Part shown: piece after piece, positions 48,494-59,348 of the stretch | Position numbering within the stretch: the first letter of the stretch is position 1 | Layout of the letters: each line of letters opens with the position of its first letter | Assembly: GCA_044376115.1 (NCBI GenBank) | Contig: JBILLK010000035.1 | Location: 42,183-106,182, forward strand | DNA from: Polyangiaceae bacterium | GTDB lineage: Bacteria; Myxococcota_A; Polyangia; Polyangiales; Polyangiaceae | DNA: 64,000 bases | Direction of reading: 5' to 3' | Position numbers and translations under genes: made by a program | The notes under the pieces: model-generated | Seen by the model: only the letters and a program-made list of their open reading frames with translations | Databases searched by the model: none | Told to the model about the DNA's origin: nothing

Positions 48494-48549
48494 TGGGTCT
48501 TAAGCTCTAGCCCCAGCTTGGGCGGATGTCTTTCCAAATTCAACATTCG

Positions 48550-50469
48550 CTAAGGCACAGGTCGGTACGAGGGGGATTGGTGGGTGTTGAAGAACAGCTC
48601 TACGAGCGCGAGCAGGTTTTGCCCTTCGGCGCCGAGGCTGTCTGCGAGGTTCACCGCTTCTTCGGGATCCGCAGCAAGATCGTAGATCTCCTCGCGGCCT
48701 CGTGAGCTATCGACGATGACCTTGGTATCACCGAGCACGAGGGTGCGCGTGCCTTGACGTTCAGCGGCGATCGGACGGGTGAGCTTGGGGTTCTCCCCGC
48801 GTAGGAACGGCACCAAGCTTTGGCCCAAAAAGCGGCTCGGCGTGGGCACGCCGTACAGGTCGAGCAGCGTCGGTCCGAGGTCCACCAGGGTCGTCGGCGC
48901 GGTTACTCGACGCGGCTTGATGCCGGGGCCGGAGATGAAGAGCGGTACGCGGATCAGCTCCTCGTAGACGTTCATGGTGTGGTACTTCGTCCCGTGTTCG
49001 CCGAAGCCCTCGCCGTGGTCGGCCACGACGATCACCATCGTACGGTCGCGTAGGCCCTGCGCTTCGATGGCGTCGTCGAGCGCGCCGATCGCCGCGTCCA
49101 CCTGGCTCATCTCCGCCATGAAGCGCTCCTTCACCCCACCGGTGGTCTTGACCGAGTCGTAGGGATAGTGCGCATCCATCAAGTGCGTCCACAACAGCAG
49201 GGGAACGTCTTCGTGCTTCGATAGACGCTCGATCAACATCGGCATCGCCTCGGTCGAAAGACCGAACTGCTGGCCGTCGCGCGGAGGCACCTTGGTTCCC
49301 TCGTTGAAGTCCTTCGCCAGGGCCTTCTTATCGAGCGCGCCATACGCTGTGAAGGTGGCCATGGTGACCCCAGCCTTGCCGAGCAACGCCGGAAACCGCA
49401 GCTGTTTGTCGGCCTTGATGCTGAGGTGGTTGCCGTCTCCACTCCACTGATGGCCTGAGTAATAGCGGCCGGTGAAGACGGCCGACCAGGTCGTGATGGT
49501 GCGCGCTCCGGGGCTGCGCGTCAGCGCGAAGTCGACGCTGCGTTCACGCAACGCGAACAGCCGCGGCATGTGCTTCTTGTTGGCCGGCTTGTCGAACAGG
49601 TCGGCGCGCATCGAGTCGACGCCGATCATGATCACGATCAGATCCTTGGCTGAGACGACCGGCGGTTTGCTCGGGGCGATCGGGTCGAGGTTGTCGCGGT
49701 TCTCGAACCAGGGTTGCAACTCGGGCGGGACGTTCGCCGTGCCGTGGGAGACACCCCAACCGAAGCGCGCGAGCGGTGGAACCAGCACGGCGCCCTCGAC
49801 GCGTGAGAGCTGTTGGCGCACGAGGTTGCTTGGTTGGATGAAGACGGCGGGGGCGCTCGCGAGCAACACGAAGGCGGGCGCGAAGCGGGTGAATCGAGGC
49901 AGTCGGCCGAGCACGCTGGGCAGCTTCAGCTCGCTGAGTGCGGCGGCGATCAGGCTGGCCGCGTTGAGCGCTGCGAAGATGTGAATCCCGAGGTAATCGG
50001 CGGCGAGCAGGACGTTGTTCGCGAGCTGCAGAGCAAGCCCGAGCAGGAGCGGCAAGCAGCGCAGCCACCCGCGAGCGAGCTTGCGCGCGATGGTCCAGCT
50101 CAAGAGCGGCGTCGTCGCGACGAGACTTGCGACTGCATAGGAGGCGCCGCTCGCGACGTGTTCATTGCTGATTCGTTGCAACAAGAAGCCCGCAAAATCG
50201 CTGCGGACGAAGAGCACCGCCGGCACCAGACTTGCGGCCAGCGCGAGCAAGAGGGCGCTCACCTTCTGCCAGCGTTTTCCCGTGTCGAAGCGCTGCCAGA
50301 TCAGCGTCGCGCAGCCGACCAGCGCGCCTACAAAGAGCAGCTGCCCGGCGTCGTACAGGTGATGCAACCCGCGGACGCCGAGCTTGGGATTGGTGACGGC
50401 AATGATGAAGTAGACGTTGCAGAGGGCCAGGCACGCCCAGGCCCACACCCACGAAGCTGCGCGTGACAC
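48550..50469 (-). CDS. Membrane-anchored sulfatase/alkaline-phosphatase superfamily protein
   Basis: N-terminal TMs; IGVDSMRAD, HLMDAHYPY, VADHGEGFGEHG, EIYDL. Confidence 0.85.
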   Translation of the reverse strand: MSRAASWVWAWACLALCNVYFIIAVTNPKLGVRGLHHLYDAGQLLFVGALVGCATLIWQRFDTGKRWQKVSALLLALAASLVPAVLFVRSDFAGFLLQRISNEHVASGASYAVASLVATTPLLSWTIARKLARGWLRCLPLLLGLALQLANNVLLAADYLGIHIFAALNAASLIAAALSELKLPSVLGRLPRFTRFAPAFVLLASAPAVFIQPSNLVRQQLSRVEGAVLVPPLARFGWGVSHGTANVPPELQPWFENRDNLDPIAPSKPPVVSAKDLIVIMIGVDSMRADLFDKPANKKHMPRLFALRERSVDFALTRSPGARTITTWSAVFTGRYYSGHQWSGDGNHLSIKADKQLRFPALLGKAGVTMATFTAYGALDKKALAKDFNEGTKVPPRDGQQFGLSTEAMPMLIERLSKHEDVPLLLWTHLMDAHYPYDSVKTTGGVKERFMAEMSQVDAAIGALDDAIEAQGLRDRTMVIVVADHGEGFGEHGTKYHTMNVYEELIRVPLFISGPGIKPRRVTAPTTLVDLGPTLLDLYGVPTPSRFLGQSLVPFLRGENPKLTRPIAAERQGTRTLVLGDTKVIVDSSRGREEIYDLAADPEEAVNLADSLGAEGQNLLALVELFFNTHQSPSYRPVP

Positions 50470-50471
50470 CG

Positions 50472-52703
50472 CTATTCAGCCTTCGATTTTGCCGCTTTCT
50501 TGGCTGAAGGCTTGTCAGTGGAGCACGAGGCCAAGAGCAGCTCAGCGATGTCGAGCTGCTTGATCTCGTCCTCTTTGGACTCGGCCTTGAGGCCGTCGGT
50601 CAACATGGTCTGACAGAACGGGCAGCCGGTAGCGATCGTCTTCGCGCCGGTGTCGAGCAGCTGCAACGTCCGCTTCTGATTCACGCGGTCCTTGTTCTGC
50701 TCCTCCATCCACATTTGTGCGCCGCCAGCGCCGCAGCACAAACCCTTGTTGCGGTTCCAGCCCTCGGCCTCGACCAGGGCCAGACCAGGGATGGCGTTGA
50801 GCACGTCCCGCGGCTCCTCGTACACGTCGTTGTAACGGCCGAGGTAGCAGCTGTCGTGATAGACCACCTTGCCGAACTCACCGCCGCTCTGCGGCTTGAG
50901 CTTGCCGCTCTTCAGCAGCTCCGCGAGGTAGTCAGCGTGGTGAACGACGCGGAACTTCGCCCCGAAGTCGGGGTACTCGTTGGCGAGGCTGTTGAAGCAG
51001 TGGGGGCAGGTGGTGACGATGGTCTTGATTCCGCCCTGCTCCTTGTAGCCGTTGAGCGTGGCGACGTTCTGCTCGGCCAAGGTTAGGAACAGGAACTCGT
51101 TGCCGGCGCGGCGAGCGGGATCACCGGTGCAGGTCTCCTCTTGGCCGAGAATGGCGAAGTCCACCTTGGCCTGCTTGAGCAGCTGCGCCGTTGCCCGGGC
51201 GACCTTCTTGGCGCGGTCGTCGTAGCTGCCTGCGCAGCCAACCCAATAGAGCACCTGGGTATCGGGCTTGTCGCTCATCAGCGGGATGTCCAAGCCCTCG
51301 GCCCAGTTCGCTCGGTCGATGCGGGCGATGTTCCAAGGATTGCCGTTCACTTCGATGCCGGAGAACGGTGCGTTGAGTTGCGCCGGGAACTCACCCTTGA
51401 TCAGCACGAGGTTGCGGCGCATATCGACGATCTTGTCGACGTAGCTGATCATCACCGGGCACTGCTCTTCACAGGCCCTACAGGTGGTGCAAGCCCACAG
51501 CACGTCCGGGTGAATCACGTCCCCAACCAGCTCCTTGGGCGGAGGAGCCTCTTGGCCCTCGGGCGGCGGCTCGGGCAGCTTGCCGGCCTTGAGATCCATC
51601 AGCTCGTCGGCGCGCTCGTAGACCTGGTCGCGCAGGTTGAGCGTTAGCATCTTCGGGCTCAGCAACTTGCCGGTCTTGTGGGCCGGGCAGTTGTCGCTGC
51701 AGCGACCGCACTCAGTGCAGGTGTAAAAGTCCAAGATCGCCTTCCACGTGAAGTCGGTCAGCTTGGCTTTGCCGATCGGTTCAGCGCCGGGAACGCCCTC
51801 GTAGGCTTTCTCCACCATCGTGCCGAGTACCTCGGCCGAGGGGGCGAGCAGCGGCAACCGACCGGGGGCGTCCAGGTTGCGGAAGAACACGTTCGGGATC
51901 GCCGTGATGATGTGGAAGTGCTTCGAGAACGGCAGGATGTTCAAGAAGATGAGCACCAACGAGGAGTGCGCCCAGAAGCCGAGGTGGGCCAGGAAGGTCA
52001 GCGTCTTCGGCGCGAGTCCGGCGAGCGCGAGGCCCGCCGTGCTGCCGGCCGGGCTGTGCCACAAGAAGCCGATCGACTTGCCGGCGTCATGCCCGAGCGG
52101 AGCCACGACGTCTTGTGCACGTTCGCAGAACACGGCCTCGGGGCGCGCGCCGAGCGCCGTGGTGGCAGGCATGTAGCAGAGCTCGGAGACCTTGCCCGAG
52201 AGCGCGTACATCGAGCCGTCGTAGAGGATGTCGGAGACCATCATCGTCACGATGATGCCGAGGATCAGCAGGCCCTCGCCGGAGAGCGTCATACGAGCCT
52301 GCTTCTTCACCGTGCGGAAGTAGATGAAGGTGGAGGCGCCGGTGATGACGAGCAAAGCGATGATGTCTTTGAGCAGGTCGTAGACCGCGCCCAAGGGCTG
52401 GCCGTGACCCAACACGAACAAGCCGAAATCCGGCACGAAGCCGCGCCCCCACAGGATCAGCGTGCGCAGCAGCAGCACGGCGAAGCCGGTGAAGATCAGC
52501 ATGTGGGCGAGCCCAGCCGTCCGGTAGTAGTGCATCTTGCGCTGGGCGAGCGCGTACTCGACCACGCCGCGAAGGCGCTCCCCGATGCGGTCCCAGCGCA
52601 CTTCGGGGCGACCGGTCGTCAAAAGCTCGAAGCGCTGCTTGGCTGTCAGGCCGAAAGCGGCGTTCAGAAACACGATGACGAACGCCATAGCGTACGGATT
52701 CAA
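50472..52703 (-). CDS. Membrane Fe-S oxidoreductase (FadF/HdrD-like, CCG domains)
   Basis: TM domain with SKHFH; CTECGRCSDNCP, CTTCRACEEQCP; TTCPHC, YHDSCYLGR, CCGAGG, CPFC. Confidence 0.92.
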   Translation of the reverse strand: MNPYAMAFVIVFLNAAFGLTAKQRFELLTTGRPEVRWDRIGERLRGVVEYALAQRKMHYYRTAGLAHMLIFTGFAVLLLRTLILWGRGFVPDFGLFVLGHGQPLGAVYDLLKDIIALLVITGASTFIYFRTVKKQARMTLSGEGLLILGIIVTMMVSDILYDGSMYALSGKVSELCYMPATTALGARPEAVFCERAQDVVAPLGHDAGKSIGFLWHSPAGSTAGLALAGLAPKTLTFLAHLGFWAHSSLVLIFLNILPFSKHFHIITAIPNVFFRNLDAPGRLPLLAPSAEVLGTMVEKAYEGVPGAEPIGKAKLTDFTWKAILDFYTCTECGRCSDNCPAHKTGKLLSPKMLTLNLRDQVYERADELMDLKAGKLPEPPPEGQEAPPPKELVGDVIHPDVLWACTTCRACEEQCPVMISYVDKIVDMRRNLVLIKGEFPAQLNAPFSGIEVNGNPWNIARIDRANWAEGLDIPLMSDKPDTQVLYWVGCAGSYDDRAKKVARATAQLLKQAKVDFAILGQEETCTGDPARRAGNEFLFLTLAEQNVATLNGYKEQGGIKTIVTTCPHCFNSLANEYPDFGAKFRVVHHADYLAELLKSGKLKPQSGGEFGKVVYHDSCYLGRYNDVYEEPRDVLNAIPGLALVEAEGWNRNKGLCCGAGGAQMWMEEQNKDRVNQKRTLQLLDTGAKTIATGCPFCQTMLTDGLKAESKEDEIKQLDIAELLLASCSTDKPSAKKAAKSKAE

Positions 52704-53217
52704 GCGAGTCTCCTCTCAGTGGGCCGAAGCTCGGCCGGGAACGGGACGGAAGCGAACCGGAGGGTTTTAGGGTCACTGAACGCGGCGCGTCAACGTCGTG
52801 ACGTACGTGGCGGGCCTGTTCGTGGGAAGCGAGGCGGACCCGTTGTCCTCAAAGAGGGATGTCGCCCTCGCGGTCAGCCGGCTTTCGCTCGAATGCCTTG
52901 TCCTCACGAATTTGCCGGCGACGGTTGACCTCGAGTGGAGGCATTGCACGTCCCGTAGCCAGTCATCGGTCGAACGTTCTGCGAACGCCGTGCAACGGAG
53001 GAAACGCGCTCGACTCGTGTTCGAGTCTGGTCCCGGTCATGCCACGCGCGCAGTGGGCGCGTTCGGGCTATACATCTGCTCCCAGCGCCTGTGCTAGCGC
53101 GCCAAAGCTCGATAAGGTTGGTCACGAACGAATGGTTGAGTTCGCCTCAAGGCATGCAAGGAAACTTAGATGCGGATTTGCGCTGGAACGAGCGCAGAAC
53201 GAACGCAAAGCGTGGCC

Positions 53218-54300
53218 ATGACGAGGCGAAAAATCTTCGTCATGGTGGGAACGCGTCCCGAGGCGGTGAAGATGGCGCCCGTTCAGCGTTTGCTTGCGCA
53301 GTCTCAGCGCTTCGAGCCGGTGCTCGTCTCAACCGGTCAGCACCGCGAGCTTCTCGAGGGCGTATTGTCGTCCTTGCAGCTCTCACCGGACCATCGGCTT
53401 GACGTGATGTCCAACCAGCAGACACTAAACGAGGTGTTGACCCGTGTAGTCGACCGGCTGAGCCCGCTGATTGCGGCACAAAAGCCTGCTGCTGTACTCG
53501 TGCAGGGAGACACCACCACAGTCCTCGCCTCGGCGCTGGCCGCCTACCACTTGCGTGTTCCGGTGGGCCATGTGGAGGCTGGGCTACGCACGTATGATCA
53601 TGAGAACCCCTTTCCCGAAGAGGCCAACCGTCAGCTCGTCGACCGACTCAGCCGTTTTTGCTTCGCACCGACGGAGCTAGCCAGAACTCAGCTCTTGGCC
53701 GAGCGAATCGAACCGGCCAAGGTCTTCGTCACGGGAAACACCGTGATCGACTCGCTGGTTTGGGCAGCCGGTCGGAGCCAAATCTCGCTGCCGCCCAACA
53801 CCTTGTTGGTCACGTTGCATCGGCGAGAATCGTTTGAGGGCGCGCTGACCGAGATTTTGAATGGCGTGCGAGACTTCCTGGCGCAAGCCCCTGACGCTCG
53901 CGTGTTCTGGCCGGTGCATCCGAATCCCAATGTCGTGCAGGCGGCTCAGCTCGTGTTCGCTAACGAGCCGCGCGTAACGCTGTCCGCCCCACTCGACTAT
54001 GTATCGTTCGCTGGCGCACTTTCGACGGCCCGGTTGCTACTGACGGATTCGGGCGGGCTCCAGGAAGAAGGACCGTCCTTTGGTAAGATCGTCCTCGTAG
54101 CGCGCGATCGAACCGAGCGACCCGAGGCGATCGACGCTGGGCGCAACCGGCTGGTAGGCCGCACACGCGAGGGGATCCGTCAGCAGCTCGCGGCCGCCTG
54201 GTCGGAGCGGGCGTATGACGGTCCGCTACCAGCGCCGAGTCCGTTTGGTGATGGCCGCGCCGCCGATGCCATCGTTCGAATCCTGGACTCGGAACTCTGA
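53218..54300 (+). CDS. wecB: UDP-N-acetylglucosamine 2-epimerase (non-hydrolysing)
   Basis: GTRPEAVKMAP, TGQH, QGDTTT, HVEAGLRT, PFPEE, TDSGGLQEE. Confidence 0.95.
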   Translation: MTRRKIFVMVGTRPEAVKMAPVQRLLAQSQRFEPVLVSTGQHRELLEGVLSSLQLSPDHRLDVMSNQQTLNEVLTRVVDRLSPLIAAQKPAAVLVQGDTTTVLASALAAYHLRVPVGHVEAGLRTYDHENPFPEEANRQLVDRLSRFCFAPTELARTQLLAERIEPAKVFVTGNTVIDSLVWAAGRSQISLPPNTLLVTLHRRESFEGALTEILNGVRDFLAQAPDARVFWPVHPNPNVVQAAQLVFANEPRVTLSAPLDYVSFAGALSTARLLLTDSGGLQEEGPSFGKIVLVARDRTERPEAIDAGRNRLVGRTREGIRQQLAAAWSERAYDGPLPAPSPFGDGRAADAIVRILDSEL

Positions 54301-54303
54301 TCC

Positions 54304-55434
54304 GTGGCCGTTCTTCACTTGGCGCCGTTTGATGCTTCGCGGTACCCGCCGCTGATCAACACAATCCGCGTCTGCGCACAGGCCGGGCTCGCCAGCATTG
54401 TTCTGGCGGCGGCTCCCATTCCGAACCCGCAGGTATTCGGCGCGGTGAAATTGGTCGCGCCTCCGCAAAAGCTGAGTGGACGGGCACAGCAAATGTTCCT
54501 CGCGCAAGCACTCCTTACGCTCGACCGCTCGCAGATAGAGACGGTGATCGCGCACAACCTCCGCGGGCTGGCTGCGCTCGCGCTGTGGCCGCCTCTTGGC
54601 CGAGCGCGGCTGGTGTATCACTGCCACGACTTCGAGTTTGACCACCACGCGGGTTTACCGCTTGCCGCACGTGCGCTCTTGCTGATGGAGCGGGCGATGG
54701 CACGGCGGGTCGATCAGATCTGGGTGCCGGCGATCGAGCGCATACAGTTCGCGCGAGAACGGCACCTGCCACTCCCGCTCGTCGTGAAGAACTGCCCGAC
54801 AGTGGTGCAAGATGTGGTGAGAAGTCCAAGGCTTCGTCAGTTCGTGGCAGCGAACTCGCAGGACGGCTCTCGTTCCGTTCGCGTAGTGGTTCGTCATGGG
54901 AACATAGGTCCACCGCACTGCATTCTAGAGACGGTCGAAGCGCTGGCGCTGTTGCCGGCCGACGTTGTGTTCGTCGTCGTCGGCGATGGCGAGCGAGCCT
55001 ACATCGAGCGTTGTTTGGCGCGAGCCAAGGAGCTTGGCGTTGACTCCAGGCTCTTTTTCCACCCGTTCGTTCCGCACAATGAGCTGCTCTCACTGATTGC
55101 AGACGCTGACGTCGCGAGTGGCTTGTACGCCCCGCTCGAACTCAACGCGCAATGGCCGGCGCCCAACAAGGTTTTCGAGAGTATGGCCGTGGGGGTTCCG
55201 GTGCTCGTGGCTGCTGGAAATTCGGTCGCCGACGATGTAACGCGGGCAGCCGCAGGACTCGCCGTGAGGCTTGGGTCGACCGAGAGGATCGCTGAAGCGC
55301 TCGGAAGGCTATTGGCTGGAGACGCCTTCTCCCGCAGCTGCGCTGCCGCGGCACGGCGCGCCCATTTGAGCGAGCTCAACTACGAGACCCAGCTTTGGCA
55401 AACCCTGCTGGGTGGTCGTCTAGCTGCGCTATGA
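54304..55434 (+). CDS. Glycosyltransferase family 4
   Basis: YHCHD, VVGDG, PNKVFESMAVGVPV. Confidence 0.88.
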   Translation: MAVLHLAPFDASRYPPLINTIRVCAQAGLASIVLAAAPIPNPQVFGAVKLVAPPQKLSGRAQQMFLAQALLTLDRSQIETVIAHNLRGLAALALWPPLGRARLVYHCHDFEFDHHAGLPLAARALLLMERAMARRVDQIWVPAIERIQFARERHLPLPLVVKNCPTVVQDVVRSPRLRQFVAANSQDGSRSVRVVVRHGNIGPPHCILETVEALALLPADVVFVVVGDGERAYIERCLARAKELGVDSRLFFHPFVPHNELLSLIADADVASGLYAPLELNAQWPAPNKVFESMAVGVPVLVAAGNSVADDVTRAAAGLAVRLGSTERIAEALGRLLAGDAFSRSCAAAARRAHLSELNYETQLWQTLLGGRLAAL

Positions 55435-56957
55435 GTCTCCGACTCGCTATCCACGCGTCGGCCATCTCGCACGTGGTGACGATCGCGTCCGGGCTCCTGT
55501 CAGTCCCGCTCTTCTTGTCGGCGTTCGGTCTGCAGAACTTCGGCTTCTGGTCGGCGTTGCTCGGCTTGAGTTCGTATTTGTCCCTGCTCAACTTCGGGGT
55601 TGCCCAGGCCGTGTCGAGTGGAGCCTCCCGTGCTCCAAAAAACAGCCCGACGGCGGTCCCGCGACTCGTTCAACAGGGACTTCGTTTCTATGTTCGGGTC
55701 AGCGCCGTCGCGATTCCGGTGGCCGCGGTCGTTGGGCTATCGTGCCCTTGGTCTGCTTGGTTCGGAATGGGGGAAGCCAACGACCTGAGCAGCCGACTGG
55801 CTGCGGCGGCCGTCTTCACAACCTTCTTGCTCGAGCTTCCTTTCACAGTGTTTCGCGCTTCACTGTCCGGTGCTGGCTACGTCGCAACCGAACGGATGCT
55901 GGGGATTACGTTGTTGCTCGCGCGCTTGGCGATGAGCTTTGTGTTTTCGCGCATGCACCCACCACTGTGGCTCGCGGTGCTGGCGCTTTCCTCGTTGAAC
56001 CTCGGTGCTAGTGCCATCACTTGTTTGGCTTTGCGTCGACACTTTCCGCTGCTGCTCTCTCCACTCCCGAGCCATGACAGTCCGACGTCGGAGGCGGGCG
56101 ACGCGGAGCAGGGGAATGTTGACCGCTTTGGTTCCATGAGCCGTGATTTTTTCATCCTGCAGATCGCTGGCGCATTGGTGTGGTCGACGGATGCGTTGAT
56201 CGCCGGAATTGCCCTGGACACCACTGCTGCGGCCCATGTCGCGACCGCGTGGCGAGTGATCAGTATCGTACTTTCTGTTGGCGCGATCGTGGCGCCTGCT
56301 GTTGCACCCACGCTCGCGCAACTTTGGAGTTCTGGGGAAAAAGAGCGGGCGCGCGCCTTGTCTATGGAGGCTGCACAGGTCGTGTTTGCGTTGATGATCG
56401 TGGGCACACTGGGCCTCTCGACCACGGGGGCATCGCTATTCACGCTCTGGCTTGGCGAAGGCAAGTTCGCCGGGCAAGGCCCCTGGCAAGTCTACTCGGC
56501 GATCATCGTGGTGCAGGCGTTGCTCGTCATCCCCGATGCCTTCGTAACGCAGTCGGCTTCCCATCGAGGGTACGCCCGATTCACCGTGGTCGAGGCCCTA
56601 TTGAAGATCAGTTCAAGCCTCGTGCTCATGCACTTCTTCGGGTTGATCGGCCTTCCGCTGGGCACCATCCTCAGTCGCGCGGCGACCACCTTGTGGCTGC
56701 TCCCCACGGTTTTCGTGAAAGCAACTGAGCAGAGTTTGTCATCGTGGGCGCTCAACGTAATTCGCCCAGCCCTCCTGCCTTCATCTTCATTTCTCGCAAT
56801 CTTCCTGATTGGGACAAGCGTGCTCGGCTTCTCGAGCGACCTTGCCACCGTGGTCACCGGAGTTGTTGCCGGCTTGGTTTTTCTCGTGGCGTTTGCGCTG
56901 TTTGGATTGCCGCCGCGGCTGCGAACTAGGCTCCTTCGTCGTTCCGAGGCTTCATGA
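55431..56957 (+). CDS. Polysaccharide flippase (Wzx/MOP family)
   Basis: ~12-14 TMs; FGFWS..LNFG; ATGA-coupled to its neighbours. Confidence 0.8.
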   Translation: MSLRLAIHASAISHVVTIASGLLSVPLFLSAFGLQNFGFWSALLGLSSYLSLLNFGVAQAVSSGASRAPKNSPTAVPRLVQQGLRFYVRVSAVAIPVAAVVGLSCPWSAWFGMGEANDLSSRLAAAAVFTTFLLELPFTVFRASLSGAGYVATERMLGITLLLARLAMSFVFSRMHPPLWLAVLALSSLNLGASAITCLALRRHFPLLLSPLPSHDSPTSEAGDAEQGNVDRFGSMSRDFFILQIAGALVWSTDALIAGIALDTTAAAHVATAWRVISIVLSVGAIVAPAVAPTLAQLWSSGEKERARALSMEAAQVVFALMIVGTLGLSTTGASLFTLWLGEGKFAGQGPWQVYSAIIVVQALLVIPDAFVTQSASHRGYARFTVVEALLKISSSLVLMHFFGLIGLPLGTILSRAATTLWLLPTVFVKATEQSLSSWALNVIRPALLPSSSFLAIFLIGTSVLGFSSDLATVVTGVVAGLVFLVAFALFGLPPRLRTRLLRRSEAS

Positions 56958-57907
56958 CCCGTACGCTCGAGTTACTTGATGCACGTATTCCAGCTTGGAA
57001 TCTGGATGAGTTGTTGGTCCGCAGCTGTCCAATTTGCAGCGCAGCGGGGGAGGAGCGCTTTCGCCGTCCCGACCAATTGCTAGTCCGCGGCTGTAACGCC
57101 TGTGGGACCTGGTTCGTATCTCCGGCGCCTGACGAATCGGCGCTGGCTCGCTTCTACGCATCATATGCCTCTACGCACAAAGGCGCGCGACGTCAGACCG
57201 ACGCAGAACTAGCCGCTGCCTTTCGCGCGCAAAGTCCGGAGAGTTCACTAGTGCTGACAGAGCTTGCCGCAACCATTCAACTGAGCGACGCCCGGCTCCT
57301 GGACGTCGGCTGCAGTCGAGGGGCGTTCCTTTGCTGCGCGCAGCGTTTGGGCGCCAGAGTCCAAGGCGTTGATCTCGACGAGGAGAGCGTACGGTTTGCT
57401 CGGGAGCAGCTTTCGCTCGAGGTCAGTGTCGGAACGATCTTCGATCTTCCGAGCGACCAGAGCTTCGATGCGATCACGATGCTCGACTTCGTGGAACACC
57501 CGCTCGACATTCGCGCGACGCTGAAGCGAGCGACGCAACTCCTGGCCCATCGAGGTGTGCTCGCGCTCTGGACGCCCAACGGGTCTGAGTTCGCGAACAC
57601 GGAGGCCCCGCTCGCGCTCCGCGTCGACCTCGAGCACATGCAATATTTTTCTACCGCGAGTATCGCCTGGATTGCACGGGACCTCGAGCTCGTTACCGTC
57701 CATCTCGAGACGTGCGGCCAGCCGGACTTCAGCCTGGCCAAGCCAGCGTCCCCGGTGGCCCCCTTACACAAGCTGGGTCGTACAATCGTTCGAGACCTGG
57801 CGCGTCGAACCGGTCTCGCCGAGTTGCGCCGCCGGCTATTGAAGCATCAGCCCTTCGATGAACGACGCGGCAACTACGCGCTGTTGGCCCTGCTTCAAAA
57901 GCCGTAG
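56954..57907 (+). CDS. Class I SAM-dependent methyltransferase with N-terminal Zn ribbon
   Basis: CPIC..CNAC, LLDVGCSRG, FVEH, WTPN. Confidence 0.88.
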   Translation: MTRTLELLDARIPAWNLDELLVRSCPICSAAGEERFRRPDQLLVRGCNACGTWFVSPAPDESALARFYASYASTHKGARRQTDAELAAAFRAQSPESSLVLTELAATIQLSDARLLDVGCSRGAFLCCAQRLGARVQGVDLDEESVRFAREQLSLEVSVGTIFDLPSDQSFDAITMLDFVEHPLDIRATLKRATQLLAHRGVLALWTPNGSEFANTEAPLALRVDLEHMQYFSTASIAWIARDLELVTVHLETCGQPDFSLAKPASPVAPLHKLGRTIVRDLARRTGLAELRRRLLKHQPFDERRGNYALLALLQKP

Positions 57908-57993
57908 CTTCCGACGACGATCCACCGAAGTTGGATGAAAAACAGTCCCCGGTGTCCCCGCTCGCAAGCTGCGAGATCGATGAACTCAGTGCG

Positions 57994-58764
57994 CTAGCGC
58001 AGCTTGCCCAGATTGGTGATTAGCATCAGCGCGCCGGCCAACCCCAGCATCGCGAAGACCCCTATTCGAAAGCGCACCGCCGAGACGCGGCGGAAGGCGA
58101 CCTCGCCGGCGGCGAACCCAGCGAGCATGCTCAGTCCGAACAGTGCGCTCGTGAGGCCGCTGCTCGCGGTGAGCCGGCCTTTGACGACGAAGCTGACGAG
58201 CAAGATCGAGTTGAGCACGAGCCAGAGGACCGACAGAGTTGCGCGAAACCGCGCTTTGTCCTGGCCAAGGGTGCGCCCCAAAACAAACACCACCATCGGG
58301 CCGCCGGTGGCAAAAGCTCCGTGCACTACGCCCGCCACCGTGAGCAGCGCGCGATCCAAGAAGGCCGCGGGCCTGGCAACGTTCACGCTCGAGGCGGCCT
58401 TGGAGCGACGCAGCTCGAGCGCCGCCAGGGTGAGCACGAACACGCCAAAGATCGACTTGAGGATCGCTTCGCTGACGTGGCTCGCCGCGTAGATCCCCAG
58501 CGGCAAACCCAAGAGCACCCACGGCAGGATCTTGAGGCCAAGCAAGCGCAACTCGGCGTGCACGTGGGTACGCGCAACCAGCACCACGCTGAGCAGCACA
58601 TTGACCGGTACGAACGCGGCGAGCAGTACGTCGAGCGGCAGAAAGAAGGAGCCCAGCGCGACGGCGATGATGGTGGAGCCGAAGCCCAGCGCTGTCTCGG
58701 AGGTGAAGGCGAGCGTGACGATCAGCAGCACGGCGAGCTGCGAAAGAAGCGGCGTGTCGCTCAC
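57994..58764 (-). CDS. TauE/SafE (TSUP) family transporter
   Basis: LGFG, GAFATGGP, RFRAT; ~8 TMs. Confidence 0.85.
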   Translation of the reverse strand: MSDTPLLSQLAVLLIVTLAFTSETALGFGSTIIAVALGSFFLPLDVLLAAFVPVNVLLSVVLVARTHVHAELRLLGLKILPWVLLGLPLGIYAASHVSEAILKSIFGVFVLTLAALELRRSKAASSVNVARPAAFLDRALLTVAGVVHGAFATGGPMVVFVLGRTLGQDKARFRATLSVLWLVLNSILLVSFVVKGRLTASSGLTSALFGLSMLAGFAAGEVAFRRVSAVRFRIGVFAMLGLAGALMLITNLGKLR

Positions 58765-59252
58765 TCTTCGGCTCGAACTTTCGAGATCGCGCCGAGCTTC
58801 GCGCGCGTGACGTTGGCGTAGGCTTGGGGCGCGACCAACATTTGCAGCCCACGCATCCCCGCCGACACGCTGATGGTCTCGTGGCCGAGGGTCGATTCCT
58901 CCATCACCACCGGCAGCTCGCGTTTGGCGCCGAGCGCAGTAACGCCACCACGGATGTAGCCGGTCAGCGGCTCGACCTCCTTCAGCGGGACTGGGTCCAC
59001 CGCTCGATCACCGACCACCTTCGCTAGCGCCTTCAGATCCAGATCGGCGCCGGCCGGCACCAACGCGAAGAAGGGCCCAACCTTCTTGCCGCGTACGAGC
59101 AGCGTTTTCACCACGCGCTCTGGCGGCAAGCCGATCTTCTTGGCCACAGTTTCCGCCGAGAGATCGGCCTCGTCCACCGCATACTCGACCAGCTCGCAAG
59201 CGACCCCTGCTCGCTCGAGGATGCGGACGGCGTTGGTCTTGCGCGAACTCAC
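58761..59252 (-). CDS. ybaK: Cys-tRNA(Pro) deacylase
   Basis: KTNAVRIL, VVKTL, TGYIRGGVTALG, SAGMRGLQ. Confidence 0.92.
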   Translation of the reverse strand: MSSRKTNAVRILERAGVACELVEYAVDEADLSAETVAKKIGLPPERVVKTLLVRGKKVGPFFALVPAGADLDLKALAKVVGDRAVDPVPLKEVEPLTGYIRGGVTALGAKRELPVVMEESTLGHETISVSAGMRGLQMLVAPQAYANVTRAKLGAISKVRAEE

Positions 59253-59348
59253 GATGGGCTCTCCGTGGGCCAGACTTCCTTTGGGAGGGAGTCGGTGTCA
59301 TGCTGCGCCAGTCGCAGCTTCGGAAGCGCGCCGTATAGGACGAATGAA